A stretch of DNA of 64,000 nucleotides, from assembly GCF_054482525.1 (NCBI RefSeq), contig NZ_CM137006.1; one strand, written 5' to 3'. Shown one piece after another: positions 42,859 to 52,995 of the stretch. The translations under genes and the position numbers were made by a program. Each line of letters starts with the position of its first letter. The first letter of the stretch is position 1. The notes under the pieces are model-generated. The model did no database searches. It was given only the letters and a program-made list of their open reading frames with translations, and was not told the origin of the DNA.

Positions 42859-44121
42859 CTATTTTAATGGATTGTTAATCTTTGCATATTCAAACGGGCT
42901 GATACATTGTTCTCTGTTCGCACCCAGAAAATCTGCCCACCACTGTAGCATCAGTCGACGTTCTTCCAGATGTTCTGCTTTATGGATATATGCAGCACGT
43001 ACACCATTACGCTCCTGATGGCTCATCTGACGTTCCACAGCATCGCGGGACCACAAACCTGATTCAATCAATGCACTGCACGCCATCGCCCGGAATCCAT
43101 GACCACAGACTTCCTGGGTTGTGTCATATCCCATCACCCTCAGGGCTTTATTTACAGTATTTTCACTGATCGGTTTACGCGGGTCATGTGCTCCCGTAAA
43201 GATCAGACCATTTTCACCAGCCCATGTCTGTAGTTCTGTCAGTATGGCTACAGCCTGTTTGCTGAGTGGCACAAGATGTGGTGTTCGCATCTTGGAGCCC
43301 CGGTGTGAGTATTTTACGCCTGGCAGAGGTTCGCGTTCGGCTGGAATAGTCCACATGGCATTGTCAATATCAATTTCAGACCAGCGGGAATATCTGAGTT
43401 CACTGGAACGAATAAAAACCAGTAAATTCAGCATAACTGCCAGTCGGGTGACAGGCTGACCTTTATAACCGTCAATACGCGACAGAAGTTCAGGCAGGCG
43501 TGAAAGATCCAGAGCAGGGCGATGCTGGCGTTTTACCGTGGTCAATGCACCAGCCATATCCAGAGCCGGGTTATATCTGATGATGCCAGACTGTACGGCA
43601 TAACGCATTACAGCAGATATTCTTTGCTGCAGACGACTGGCGATTTCATAAATTTGTTTTGCTTCTGCAGCACGAACAGGGATAAGCAGGTCCGGGGTAT
43701 TGAGTGTTGTGATATCCCGGTTGCCGATAAAGGGGAAAACGTGTGTCTCGAGGCTTTTGATTACTTTATCGCTGTGTGATTGTGCCCATTGTTTATTACT
43801 GGCATGCCAGCGTCGTGCAATATGTTCAAAAGAGAGTTGTAAATCAGGGACTACTTTTTTAGCTCTTTTTTGTTCGCAAGGGTCAATCCCCTCTGAAATC
43901 AGTTTTCGGGCCTCATCCCGTTTTGTACGAGCTTCGGAGAGAGAAACTTCTGGATATACACCAAGTGCCAGAGTCTTCTCCTTACCCAGAATACGATAAC
44001 GGAGACGCCAGTAACGGGAACCATTAGGATGAACCAGCAGGAACATGCCAGCCCCGTCAGTGAGTTTATAAGCCTTGTCAGTGTGCTTTGCAGCCCGGAT
44101 TTTTGCGTCAGTCAGTGCCAT
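42859..44121 (-). CDS. int: P4/CP4-57-type tyrosine integrase
   Basis: 420 aa; MALTDAKIRAAKHTDKAYKLTDGAGMFLLVHPNGSRYWRLRYR N-terminus; C-terminal catalytic region with R...HxxR...Y. Confidence 0.9.
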   Translation of the reverse strand: MALTDAKIRAAKHTDKAYKLTDGAGMFLLVHPNGSRYWRLRYRILGKEKTLALGVYPEVSLSEARTKRDEARKLISEGIDPCEQKRAKKVVPDLQLSFEHIARRWHASNKQWAQSHSDKVIKSLETHVFPFIGNRDITTLNTPDLLIPVRAAEAKQIYEIASRLQQRISAVMRYAVQSGIIRYNPALDMAGALTTVKRQHRPALDLSRLPELLSRIDGYKGQPVTRLAVMLNLLVFIRSSELRYSRWSEIDIDNAMWTIPAEREPLPGVKYSHRGSKMRTPHLVPLSKQAVAILTELQTWAGENGLIFTGAHDPRKPISENTVNKALRVMGYDTTQEVCGHGFRAMACSALIESGLWSRDAVERQMSHQERNGVRAAYIHKAEHLEERRLMLQWWADFLGANREQCISPFEYAKINNPLK

Positions 44122-44286
44122 AGTTCAGCCTTCTGAATGCGTTAAAGAGGGTACAAATTCTGTCGAACTGGGGTATACCCGCAATTATACCCACACAATG
44201 GGGTTGATGTGGGGGGAATCTGGTTGAGTTCGGTAGAATTGATTTGGAGGCAGAACGCTTAAATTGTGGCGTTCTGAAACGAAAAA

Positions 44287-44306
44287 CGGACCTCCGTGGA
44301 GGTCCG
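44287..44306 (-). terminator. Hairpin CGGACCTCC-GTG-GAGGTCCG followed by T-run on the minus strand
   Basis: Perfect 9-bp stem between the tRNA-like repeat and the integrase gene. Confidence 0.4.
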
Positions 44307-44318
44307 TTGATATGAATT

Positions 44319-44340
44319 TGGTGCCCGGACTCGGAATGAA
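44319..44340 (-). repeat. tRNA-Phe 3'-end-like repeat (island att-site remnant)
   Basis: TGGTGCCCGGACTCGGAAT matches the reverse complement of a tRNA-Phe 3' end, then diverges; no full tRNA. Confidence 0.55.
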
Positions 44341-44584
44341 ACTGGTTATATAACCAATTGTTTTGTATCGACTGTTTTATCCTTGTTCTTTTTGAGGCCA
44401 CCAATGAGGCCCCCATGTGCAATTCGAATTCTTTTGACGCTATAATCCCTCTTTCTTGTGGTTTGTTGTAATCATTTTGTCTGGTTCGATATGCTGAATC
44501 GCGGAATCGAAGTGACAACAAAATACAGAGATTTATAAAATACCTGGCTACCTGTGTTAGGGAGCGTTAACGCACAGATTTTGT

Positions 44585-44911
44585 TTATGGCTGCCAGAAA
44601 TGATCTGATGGTTTGTCGTCTGGCTCTGCAAGTACCCTGTTGATATCCCGGGAACCATGAACGATACGTTCGATACGAACTTCAGTATCCAGTACCCTGA
44701 ACAGCAGAAGGTAACGACCATACGAACAACCTCTGATCCCAGCCCCTAACTCGGGTCTTTCTCTGTAGAGTACTGGCGATTCGGCTATCAACAGACATTG
44801 TTGGTAAAGCTCTTCGGTAAAACTGATTGCACGGACAGGATTATCCTGAGCGATCCAGTCACCTATAGCTTCAAGATCGTGTTCTGCTAATGGTGAAACA
44901 GTCAGTTTCAT
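44585..44911 (-). CDS. parE: ParE/RelE-superfamily toxin (type II TA)
   Basis: 108 aa; 4-nt overlap with the upstream antitoxin gene. Confidence 0.75.
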   Translation of the reverse strand: MKLTVSPLAEHDLEAIGDWIAQDNPVRAISFTEELYQQCLLIAESPVLYRERPELGAGIRGCSYGRYLLLFRVLDTEVRIERIVHGSRDINRVLAEPDDKPSDHFWQP

Positions 44912-45171
44912 ATTGGCTGTTCACCTTCTGCCATCTTTTTGTATTTGTGCGTCAGTCGCCCGAATACCTCTTCAGCACTTTTACTTTCACCGCTGTTGAT
45001 GCCTGCGGCCACGGCGCTCTGGAGTGATTCAAGCTTTATCTGCTGTTCCCGTTCTTCCAGAGCACGAAGTCCGGCACGAATGACTTCACTTGTATTGTTG
45101 TACCGACCACTTTCTATTTGTTCGCGGATAAACGTTTCAAAGTAAGGACTGAGGGATACACTGGTAGGCAT
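44908..45171 (-). CDS. parD: ParD-like antitoxin (type II TA)
   Basis: 87 aa; ...SEVIRAGLRALEEREQQ... ParD-type fold signature. Confidence 0.7.
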   Translation of the reverse strand: MPTSVSLSPYFETFIREQIESGRYNNTSEVIRAGLRALEEREQQIKLESLQSAVAAGINSGESKSAEEVFGRLTHKYKKMAEGEQPI

Positions 45172-45242
45172 GGTTATTTTCTCGCCGATTGATTACTATC
45201 AATTAATAATAGTTAATATTCGCGAATTGTAAAATACCTCTT

Positions 45243-46109
45243 TTATGCCTTGCGGCTTTTGTTCACTGTGCTTGCCAGGGCTTCCGGGTAGTGTCTGGCA
45301 ATAATATCATTAAGCCTGTCAACCAGCTCTGGTTTCCTGAACGTGATGTGCGCGGAGCCCTTCTTAAAGTATCTGATGCTGAACATCTCATCTTCATAGT
45401 CCTCTTTACCCTGAACAGACTGGATGTGATCATCCAGATGAATGGTGATGTTTTCCCGGTTGTCGGGGATCGGTTTGCCGCTGAACAGGTGCAGCATTCT
45501 TTCCAGATCGGCAAGTCGATCGGCCTGTTGTCCGGTGATAAGATGAAACCCCCACCGGTCCCACCTCACCAGATTGTTGACGATAATTTTACTGCCAAAT
45601 TTGCAGGGTGAATTGGTTTTGTAATTCCAGCTCAGTCCTCTGAAAACGTTGAGCACCCCTCGCTCAAACACTTCATCTTTGTTCTGGTGCAGTTGTTCAA
45701 ACGTGCTCAGGATATTTGCTTCGCTGATTTCCGGAAAATTATCGTACTCCAGTGACCGGTACCATGTATCACGGGCTTGTGCATCCATTAATGACAGCAT
45801 CCCTGAACGTTGCATCAGATCACGCCAGATTTCGCGGTCAAGGTTGCGGGTGATGGCTTTCATTGCGGTTTCCGGTTTTTCCATCAGCCAGCAACCGCAG
45901 CGAAAATCCTGTTTCATGGCCCAGTCCAGTGCAGTTTTACCTCCGATGCTTTCCGTCAGCACCGAGATTTCTGCCAGTTGCCGGATAAGTGTGTCGATTT
46001 GCAGCAGCGCACTCTTTCGTACAGCCAGAATGTGGCGGATGCTGGTTGAGCCGATAACGTCCGTATGCCCGTTGACCACTTCCGGACGGGGGGCTGTGAT
46101 TTCAGACAT
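45243..46109 (-). CDS. Conserved island protein, probably DUF4942 family (copy 2)
   Basis: 288 aa; paralog of 17326-18168. Confidence 0.6.
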   Translation of the reverse strand: MSEITAPRPEVVNGHTDVIGSTSIRHILAVRKSALLQIDTLIRQLAEISVLTESIGGKTALDWAMKQDFRCGCWLMEKPETAMKAITRNLDREIWRDLMQRSGMLSLMDAQARDTWYRSLEYDNFPEISEANILSTFEQLHQNKDEVFERGVLNVFRGLSWNYKTNSPCKFGSKIIVNNLVRWDRWGFHLITGQQADRLADLERMLHLFSGKPIPDNRENITIHLDDHIQSVQGKEDYEDEMFSIRYFKKGSAHITFRKPELVDRLNDIIARHYPEALASTVNKSRKA

Positions 46110-46193
46110 AATCGATATTCCTTTTTGCAGATAAATGAAAACGCCAGCCCTGTTCAGGCTGGCGTCAGTGGAATGAAGTCTGGTGAGTAAGAC

Positions 46194-46391
46194 TCACCGG
46201 TTCTGTTGCAGAAGCTGCAACTGGCGCAGGATACGGATATCCTCCCTGGCCTGTTCGATACAGGGCAACAGTGCTGCCGAATCCGTTCTATCCTCATCGT
46301 TGTCAAAGATAATTCCCGATTCGCAGTCGATATTGTCCTGTAGCCACGCAATCAGAATATCCAGTGCGGTTTCCGTGGTTAATGATTTCAT
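46194..46391 (-). CDS. Small conserved protein downstream of yeeW-like gene (copy 2)
   Basis: Paralog of 18253-18450; start at ATG 46391, 11 nt after the yeeW-like stop. Confidence 0.5.
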   Translation of the reverse strand: MKSLTTETALDILIAWLQDNIDCESGIIFDNDEDRTDSAALLPCIEQAREDIRILRQLQLLQQNR

Positions 46392-46402
46392 GTTGTTCCT
46401 GG

Positions 46403-46894
46403 TTACCAGTCGAAAGTGGGCAGGTCCGGCAGACATTCAGCGCTGGCATCCAGATGAATGAGACTGACGCCATAACGTCGGGTAAGTGTGACAACCAGAC
46501 GACGGAACGTTTTTGACAGGCCCAGGCGCTTAAGCCGCAGAACCGGGTATGACCACGCATCGGTACGTAACAGATATCCGCTACCTGTGAAATGAATCCA
46601 TTCTGATTCGCCGGTGCCATTCGTCTGATGTGACAGCGAGTACAGCCAGGCGTTGTCCTTTGCCGTGATATGCGCGGTACTGCAGCGTATGCCGGTAAGG
46701 GCCGCCGCAGATGATGGCGTGCGCTCTGCTGATGTCCGGTCAGATTCATCAACAACACGAAGGGAGTAACCGTTATCGCAGACCACGTTAATCAGTTCAG
46801 CGAGAGTAACACCATCGACGTCAACGACAATGCGCCCCATGTTCAGTGCCTGCACGTTAATGCTGTCGGCTTCCAGCGTCAGGGCCAGTTTCAT
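46403..46894 (-). CDS. yeeW: YeeW-like protein, full length (copy 2)
   Basis: 163 aa; intact counterpart of the truncated copy at 18462-18950. Confidence 0.65.
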   Translation of the reverse strand: MKLALTLEADSINVQALNMGRIVVDVDGVTLAELINVVCDNGYSLRVVDESDRTSAERTPSSAAALTGIRCSTAHITAKDNAWLYSLSHQTNGTGESEWIHFTGSGYLLRTDAWSYPVLRLKRLGLSKTFRRLVVTLTRRYGVSLIHLDASAECLPDLPTFDW

Positions 46895-47268
46895 TGTTTC
46901 GCCCCCGGATGTTTACCCAGGGTAATGTTATTTACCGTTCTGTAATTGTCGCGGGCCATCAGGCCGGTTGCCCGGCGGGCCCGGAGGATATCAATACTGT
47001 TTATTAACTGAGAACGGGTACAGGCGCTGAATCCTGGCTGGTCGGTACGTACCAGTGCGTATTTTTCAACGAGAAAGTTCACCGCATCGCACAGTGAAAT
47101 GCCTGCCTCAATATGCTGCTCAATCACACGTTCATCAGCGAACGGTGTGTCATTCAGTGTGAGGCCGTAATGCTGGTCCAACAGTCGGGTGAGCAGTGTC
47201 TGCCAGATGGTGACGGGAGACGGGCAGCGCGATGCCTCCCGTACGTGTGTGTCAGGTAATGTTTTCAT
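46891..47268 (-). CDS. cbtA: CbtA/YeeV-family toxin (copy 2)
   Basis: Start at MKTLPDTHV (47268); the track ORF extends upstream to 47370. Confidence 0.85.
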   Translation of the reverse strand: MKTLPDTHVREASRCPSPVTIWQTLLTRLLDQHYGLTLNDTPFADERVIEQHIEAGISLCDAVNFLVEKYALVRTDQPGFSACTRSQLINSIDILRARRATGLMARDNYRTVNNITLGKHPGAKQ

Positions 47269-47314
47269 CTTAAGTTCTCTGTAACTGGTAGTGCTAAAGG
47301 TGAGATATTCGGGG

Positions 47315-47689
47315 TTATGAGGTGGTTGCGGGTGCCAGTGTCGGATAAACAGCCATATAAACGTAACCACAACTGCTGAGGGTATCGGCTTTGCAGGTCA
47401 GCCCTTTTGCATACAGCGTGACGGTATGCTGATGGCGGGGATTCAGTTCACCGCTGGTGAGCATGAGTTCCAGTTGTTTCATCAGCAGCGGAAAGGCCTG
47501 GTCCAGATGGTACGCATCCGCGTCGCTGAACCGGCCTCTGATACCGGCGCGGTCTGCAAGGTAATGCAACCGGTTACCCTCCTGCACCAGACGTGCCCCA
47601 AAACAGGGCGTCACGGTGCAGGGTAGCCCCCACCAGGGGCGGTCGTTGTTATCGTCGGGATGCGTTGTCCCGGGGAGAGTGTCTGACAC
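47315..47689 (-). CDS. cbeA: CbeA/YeeU-family antitoxin (copy 2, intact frame)
   Basis: 124 aa, [42 protein letters not shown]...; GTG start. Confidence 0.8.
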   Translation of the reverse strand: MSDTLPGTTHPDDNNDRPWWGLPCTVTPCFGARLVQEGNRLHYLADRAGIRGRFSDADAYHLDQAFPLLMKQLELMLTSGELNPRHQHTVTLYAKGLTCKADTLSSCGYVYMAVYPTLAPATTS

Positions 47690-47768
47690 GATAAAATCCT
47701 CACAGAAAATTGGTTAAGAATGGTCCGGTGGTGGCGATAATTCTGCTCTTCTGAATGCCCTTCCAGAC

Positions 47769-47990
47769 TCAGTTCAGGGTGACGCTCATCAGCCGGACAT
47801 ACGGGCCAAAACTGTCCTTACGGCGTTCAGCAAACACGGCCAGCACACCGGGAATATCCTGCACTTCACGACCGGTATACGCTTCAGCACTGCCGTGCCA
47901 GCGGTATTTGCCGGTACAGAACGGAAAAAGACGGGATGCCGGATGCTGACGGTGAATACGCATGGCTTCGCCACGGGTGATGATTTTCAT
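47769..47990 (-). CDS. yeeT: DUF987/YeeT-like protein (copy 2)
   Basis: 73 aa paralog. Confidence 0.7.
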   Translation of the reverse strand: MKIITRGEAMRIHRQHPASRLFPFCTGKYRWHGSAEAYTGREVQDIPGVLAVFAERRKDSFGPYVRLMSVTLN

Positions 47991-48058
47991 AGTGGGATAC
48001 CTCTGAAGACAGAAGATAAAAGTGAAAACAGGTGTGATATGGTTGTGGCGGTGACGGG

Positions 48059-48550
48059 TTAAAGCAGACCGTGTTCCGCAAAGGAGAAAACCTGGTTGCC
48101 ACCAACTATCAGATGGTCCGGTACCCGGATATCCACCAGGGCCAGTGCCTGTACCAGGCGTTCCGTGATAAGGCGATCTGCCTTACTGGGGGTGACTTCA
48201 CCGGACGGGTGGTTGTGTGCCAGTATCACGGCAGCGGCATTGTGGTACAGGGCACGTTTAATTACCTCCCGGGGATGGACTTCCGTGCGGTTGATGGTGC
48301 CTGTGAAGAGGGTTTCACCGGCAATCAGCTGATTCTGGTTGTTCAGATACAGTACCCGGAACTCTTCCCGCTCCAGTCCCGCCATGTTCAGAATCAGCCA
48401 TTCCCGTGCCGCATGCGTGGAGGTGAAGGCCACACCGGGTTCATGAAGATGGCGGTCCAGGGTTTTCAGGGCCCGCAGAATGAGGCTGCGCTCGCCGGGC
48501 GTCATCTCTCCGGGCAGAAAGGAAAGCTGTTGCATTGTGCTTCTCTCCAT
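48059..48550 (-). CDS. yeeS: RadC-like JAB-domain protein (copy 2)
   Basis: 163 aa; HNHPSGEVTPSKAD. Confidence 0.85.
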   Translation of the reverse strand: MERSTMQQLSFLPGEMTPGERSLILRALKTLDRHLHEPGVAFTSTHAAREWLILNMAGLEREEFRVLYLNNQNQLIAGETLFTGTINRTEVHPREVIKRALYHNAAAVILAHNHPSGEVTPSKADRLITERLVQALALVDIRVPDHLIVGGNQVFSFAEHGLL

Positions 48551-49036
48551 TCAGTCGATGATGCGCATAATGGCGTTGCATTCCGGATGCTGCAGGGCGT
48601 AATCCCGCAACCGATAATAATGGACCGTCATGGCATAATTCTCTGTACGACAGGCGTGATGACTGTACGCCATCAGACAGGCGGCAATGCCGGCGGCTTC
48701 CGGGCTCATTTCAGCGCGGTTGCCGTTCATGGCATTGAACAGTACCCATGTTTCGTCATCATCGTCATCCGGTTCGGGTACCATAAATGCCCCACCGTTG
48801 TTCAGGGTGTACAGATTCCAGATACCACCGCAGTAGTCTTCGCAAAGACGGTCCATCCAGCCGAAGACACGGGGCTCCAGGGTCACCCACTGTGGAATGA
48901 GGCCAAAATGTTGCGGCCAGAAACTGATGCGCTGTTCATCAGGGACGGGAGTGGCAACCAGTTGAGACTGGTTATTCCCTGGTGCAGTGGTTACGGAAAC
49001 AGAAGGCGTGGTGGAGCTATGCGAAAAGGTTGTCAT
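48551..49036 (-). CDS. Antirestriction protein (KlcA/ArdB-like, copy 2)
   Basis: 161 aa paralog. Confidence 0.8.
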   Translation of the reverse strand: MTTFSHSSTTPSVSVTTAPGNNQSQLVATPVPDEQRISFWPQHFGLIPQWVTLEPRVFGWMDRLCEDYCGGIWNLYTLNNGGAFMVPEPDDDDDETWVLFNAMNGNRAEMSPEAAGIAACLMAYSHHACRTENYAMTVHYYRLRDYALQHPECNAIMRIID

Positions 49037-49127
49037 GAGATGATTCCTTATAAAAAGTAAATGAATGGAAGAATGCCCGGGGACTGGTACAGACGTGAGT
49101 CAGGGTTGCACTTTCAGGGAAACAGCA

Positions 49128-49946
49128 TCAGCGCATGCTCTCCAGCAGCGTTTCTGCCATCACCCACAATGCGCGATTGAGCTTAATGTCCGTGTCGATG
49201 CTGTGAATGGCACGGGTGTGGATACGTTTTCCTTTAGCGCTGCGACCAGAAATCCCGCCTTTCAGCATATTTTCCTGGATGGTCTGATAAGCACTCCACA
49301 GGTCCTTACCGTAATCCTCCCGGCGTCGTGGCGTCAGAATGTCGGCGGTGGTGACGGGCTGATGTTCGTCACCATAACGGTAAGTCAGTGCCGCCTGTGC
49401 CAGCGCCTGGCGTGCCGGTGGCGGCAGGACCAGCGACTGCATGGCATCACGCTTTTCCTCAATCCGGTCAAAAACGCCCACCACTTCGTAAGCCCCTTCA
49501 ATGACTCTGTCCACCACATTTCCCCGGTGCGGAACACGCACTTCCCCCAGAGACTGACCACAGACGCAGCCGTTCTGGCAGACGAACCTGAAGTAACCCG
49601 GCAGCATCTGGTAGCTGGAGGTACCGTCATGGGAGTTCAGCAGGATGATTTCAGGGACATGTTGTCCGTTTATCTCCCCGTCACGGCGCAGACGCAGCAT
49701 GTGTTTGGTATACCCCCGGCGGCCCGGGTCACGTACGCGGGTCTGGCAGGCAAAGAAGGGCTGAAAGCCTTCCCGCTGCAGGCTTTCCAGCACGGTGATG
49801 GTGGGGATCCAGGTATAGTTCTCGCTTCTGGATGTGTGCTTATCTTCCCCGAATACGCTGGGGACGACCTGCATCAGTTCTTCGCGAGTTAAGGGGCGGT
49901 CACGGCGTATCTGGTTCGCATAACCAAAACGACTTGCTAATCGCAT
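49128..49946 (-). CDS. DUF932-family protein (copy 2)
   Basis: 272 aa paralog. Confidence 0.7.
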   Translation of the reverse strand: MRLASRFGYANQIRRDRPLTREELMQVVPSVFGEDKHTSRSENYTWIPTITVLESLQREGFQPFFACQTRVRDPGRRGYTKHMLRLRRDGEINGQHVPEIILLNSHDGTSSYQMLPGYFRFVCQNGCVCGQSLGEVRVPHRGNVVDRVIEGAYEVVGVFDRIEEKRDAMQSLVLPPPARQALAQAALTYRYGDEHQPVTTADILTPRRREDYGKDLWSAYQTIQENMLKGGISGRSAKGKRIHTRAIHSIDTDIKLNRALWVMAETLLESMR

Positions 49947-50036
49947 GATTTGCTCCTTATGAATGAGTTAGCGATATAAATGAAAAAGCCGCGCCTCCCG
50001 GAGAAGACGCGGCCTGATGGATGAAATGAATGACGT

Positions 50037-50246
50037 TTATTGTCTGAGAAGCCCTTCACTGGCGAGCCACACATTAAGCTGTTTTCCGGCATCGGATTCA
50101 AAATTCCAGTACCGCCAGCGCAACTGACCTTCAGCATTACGGATAACCAGCCGGAAATGCGTTCCCTGGTCATCTTCAATAAGCACATTGCGGTAAGCTG
50201 TTGTGACGGCAACCGCCTGTTCGCGTGAGAAAGGGCCTTCGGGCAA
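50037..50246 (-). CDS. DUF905-family small protein (copy 2)
   Basis: 69 aa paralog. Confidence 0.6.
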   Translation of the reverse strand: MPEGPFSREQAVAVTTAYRNVLIEDDQGTHFRLVIRNAEGQLRWRYWNFESDAGKQLNVWLASEGLLRQ

Positions 50247-50275
50247 TTAAACAGGGTGACAGTCCGACATACCGG

Positions 50276-50953
50276 CTATTTTCCGATAAATTCAACGCTG
50301 GCACCGGTGGCATTACCGTCAGCACCAACCGTGACGGTCACTTTGTCGTACGCACGGTCTTCAGGATTGAACACTTCAAACTCAACCTTATTGCCTTTTA
50401 CTTCGTAAGAGCCAAAATCAGCGGTTTCTGTTGTTTCCTCGTCATATTCCCGGGCGTATGCCAGCCGGGCAGCCTGCAGGACGGAATCTTTATTAATGGC
50501 GGGTGTCTGTTTCGGGGAAAAACCGGCAAGTGATGTGACAAATTTCGGACAGACCTTCAGCATATCACCGCGGGTGAATTCCATTCGTACACCAAATGCC
50601 TGTAAAACGGACACATCACGCTCTGCTATGGAGTGAACGGCTTTTTTGACCATTTCCGGCGCCTGTCCGACTTCCACCTCAACAGCCCTGAATCCTGTCT
50701 GCTGATTACACATTTGTGATGTGGGGATCAGGTTACCGTTAATACTGATACGGCTGCCCAGGAGCGTCTGTACGCCATTCGGGCATCCCTGCATCAGGCC
50801 GGTAATACCAATCGTGCCATTTTTCAGCATTACCAGCGCCTGACCATCTTCCGTCATGGTCTGACACCAGCCGTTTTTGACAGCCCAGTTACCGGCGGAG
50901 GTGGAGAAGGATGCCACAGTGAACAGCAGGGGAAAAAGCATTCTGGTATTCAT
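50276..50953 (-). CDS. Secreted or periplasmic protein of unknown function (occupies the Ag43 slot in module 2)
   Basis: 225 aa; signal peptide MNTRMLFPLLFTVASFSTSAGN; several Cys. Confidence 0.6.
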   Translation of the reverse strand: MNTRMLFPLLFTVASFSTSAGNWAVKNGWCQTMTEDGQALVMLKNGTIGITGLMQGCPNGVQTLLGSRISINGNLIPTSQMCNQQTGFRAVEVEVGQAPEMVKKAVHSIAERDVSVLQAFGVRMEFTRGDMLKVCPKFVTSLAGFSPKQTPAINKDSVLQAARLAYAREYDEETTETADFGSYEVKGNKVEFEVFNPEDRAYDKVTVTVGADGNATGASVEFIGK

Positions 50954-51071
50954 GACTGACCTCTGAAATTAAAGAGCGTGTTATTGATAATGACAGACGG
51001 TATACGGCAGTGGTTACCGTAATCCGTTGTCGTGTAAAGGTATACGGTTGCCACGGGGGACTCCGGGGCGC

Positions 51072-51956
51072 TCAGAACAGGTGATCCCACAGTGTGACCA
51101 GTAGGTGGATAATGCGGGCCCGGGCTTTACGCAGAAGCTGTAACATCCAGGCCGGAAAACTGAACCGGGCAACGGCGTCGTCAAAACTTTTCCCGATGGC
51201 GTCACCAAAAGTCTGTTGTGCGTGTTTCCGGGCCTGTTCAGAGCGGTTTTCCCCCCGGATATGTGAATAAACCGCGCTGGTTGCCTGTGGTGGCAGTGCG
51301 TGGATCATCAGTGACACCAGTGCCGGAAGATTCCAGCCGACAGGCGCTGCAACGGAGAGTACCGGAAATGATGACGGGAACAGGGTGGCCACCCGGGCTG
51401 TTACTGTCGCCAGTGAGAGTTCCTGCTGACGGGACGGGCATTTTTCTGCGTCGTTCCATTCTTCAGCAGGAAACACGCGATCGGCATGGCTGAGAACAAA
51501 CAGAAAACGCGAGGGATCTGCACCTTCATTCAGTAAAAACTGATGCATGGCAATATCAGCAGCATACGCACGTTCATCAGCCCGCAGGATCCAGATAATC
51601 AGATCCAGTTCCGGCAGTAACTGACGGTAAAGCTCCCGGTATTCCTGATCATGCTGCGGTGTTTCACCAATGCCGGGCAGATCGACCAGCGTCATTCTGC
51701 GTTCACCAATCTGCAGGGTGAGGCGATGAGCCTGGCGGGTGCAGCCGTTCAGGGGATGCGTGGCGCAGATACGGGACTGAAAAATGGCATTACACAGACT
51801 GCTTTTGCCGGTGCCGGATTTACCCATAATGCCAATCACGGGCTCGTAATGAATAACACCGTGGAGATGTTCAAGGATTTTCTGGCGAATTTCTTCAGGA
51901 AGAAACGTCAGATATGATTTCACTTGTGCGGAGAGGGAAGAATGGCTGAATGACAT
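51072..51956 (-). CDS. YeeP/YfjP/YkfA-family GTPase (copy 2)
   Basis: 294 aa; P-loop GIMGKSGTGKSSLCNAIF, DLPGIG. Confidence 0.85.
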   Translation of the reverse strand: MSFSHSSLSAQVKSYLTFLPEEIRQKILEHLHGVIHYEPVIGIMGKSGTGKSSLCNAIFQSRICATHPLNGCTRQAHRLTLQIGERRMTLVDLPGIGETPQHDQEYRELYRQLLPELDLIIWILRADERAYAADIAMHQFLLNEGADPSRFLFVLSHADRVFPAEEWNDAEKCPSRQQELSLATVTARVATLFPSSFPVLSVAAPVGWNLPALVSLMIHALPPQATSAVYSHIRGENRSEQARKHAQQTFGDAIGKSFDDAVARFSFPAWMLQLLRKARARIIHLLVTLWDHLF

Positions 51957-52062
51957 ACCGGTATCCTGTTGATTTCACTGAACCGGATCACACTAATCCG
52001 GTTTATCATTCAGGTAATATGGGCGTGAAAAAATCTGGAGTGACAAAGTGTGGAGGGAAGAG

Positions 52063-52995
52063 ATGACTGCACAACAGATTGATGCATTACGCGACATTGT
52101 TAATAAGGCCAGAGTTACCGCCATTTGTAAAAGTCCGGCCTGGAAATATACTCTGCGAATACTGAAGCGCAGCAGACTCGTGTACAGAGGAGAACGGTCA
52201 GAATCGTTTGATCCGGAGAAACATTTTAATCGTTATACGGTGCGTTATCTGTACCTGCTTAACATAATGGCACTTGAGCTAAAGTCAGATACACGGATTA
52301 AGGTTGAGGTAGGTCAATGGTATCGCATGACGGGTAAACGTTTATCACTTAATGTCCCGCCTTTTATGCTGATTCCGCGTAATATCCGGAGAAAAGTGGA
52401 TGGATTCAGACAATCAGAAGGCGAAGCAACAAAACAAACGGCTCAACCGTTCACGGGCAGTTTGTATGAGGTTTTGAGCAGGGATAACGATTCGGCTGAG
52501 CTGGACGCCTGGTTTGCTGAACCACCGCTGACACGACAGGAAGTGCGGGAGGGGAGGCGTGTCACAGATTTTAATCCATGGGCGCAGTCTTCGTTTATTT
52601 GCCGTTCAGCATCCCCGACGTTTGAACTTTTTTACCAGGAATATAAGCGACTGGGATTAAGTGTTTTTTTTGATCCGGAAAATAGAAAACCTTTTGAAAG
52701 TATAAAAAAACATTTCGGGGATAAACCACAGTTACTGGAGAGACTGGGGGATGTGTTGTTTTTCACGTCGCTTTATAACCAGGGATGTTTAGGGGAGTTT
52801 GTCAATGCGCTTGTGGAAAAGGAGGACATTTATCTGAAAGCGTCCCCCGGGGAAGAAAAGCTGAAAGCACACCAGAAAATGATTAACTACATTGAAGAGT
52901 TCTGCAACAAAATGACGGAAAAGTATCTGATATCCGCAGCCAGGAGACACTACCAAAAGAAGAAAATCGGCAGGAGCAGAAGTGGTGAAAGTTAA
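52063..52995 (+). CDS. Hypothetical protein A (unknown function)
   Basis: ATG 52063 behind GGAGGG; 310 aa; no recognised motif; divergent from the GTPase gene. Confidence 0.55.
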   Translation: MTAQQIDALRDIVNKARVTAICKSPAWKYTLRILKRSRLVYRGERSESFDPEKHFNRYTVRYLYLLNIMALELKSDTRIKVEVGQWYRMTGKRLSLNVPPFMLIPRNIRRKVDGFRQSEGEATKQTAQPFTGSLYEVLSRDNDSAELDAWFAEPPLTRQEVREGRRVTDFNPWAQSSFICRSASPTFELFYQEYKRLGLSVFFDPENRKPFESIKKHFGDKPQLLERLGDVLFFTSLYNQGCLGEFVNALVEKEDIYLKASPGEEKLKAHQKMINYIEEFCNKMTEKYLISAARRHYQKKKIGRSRSGES

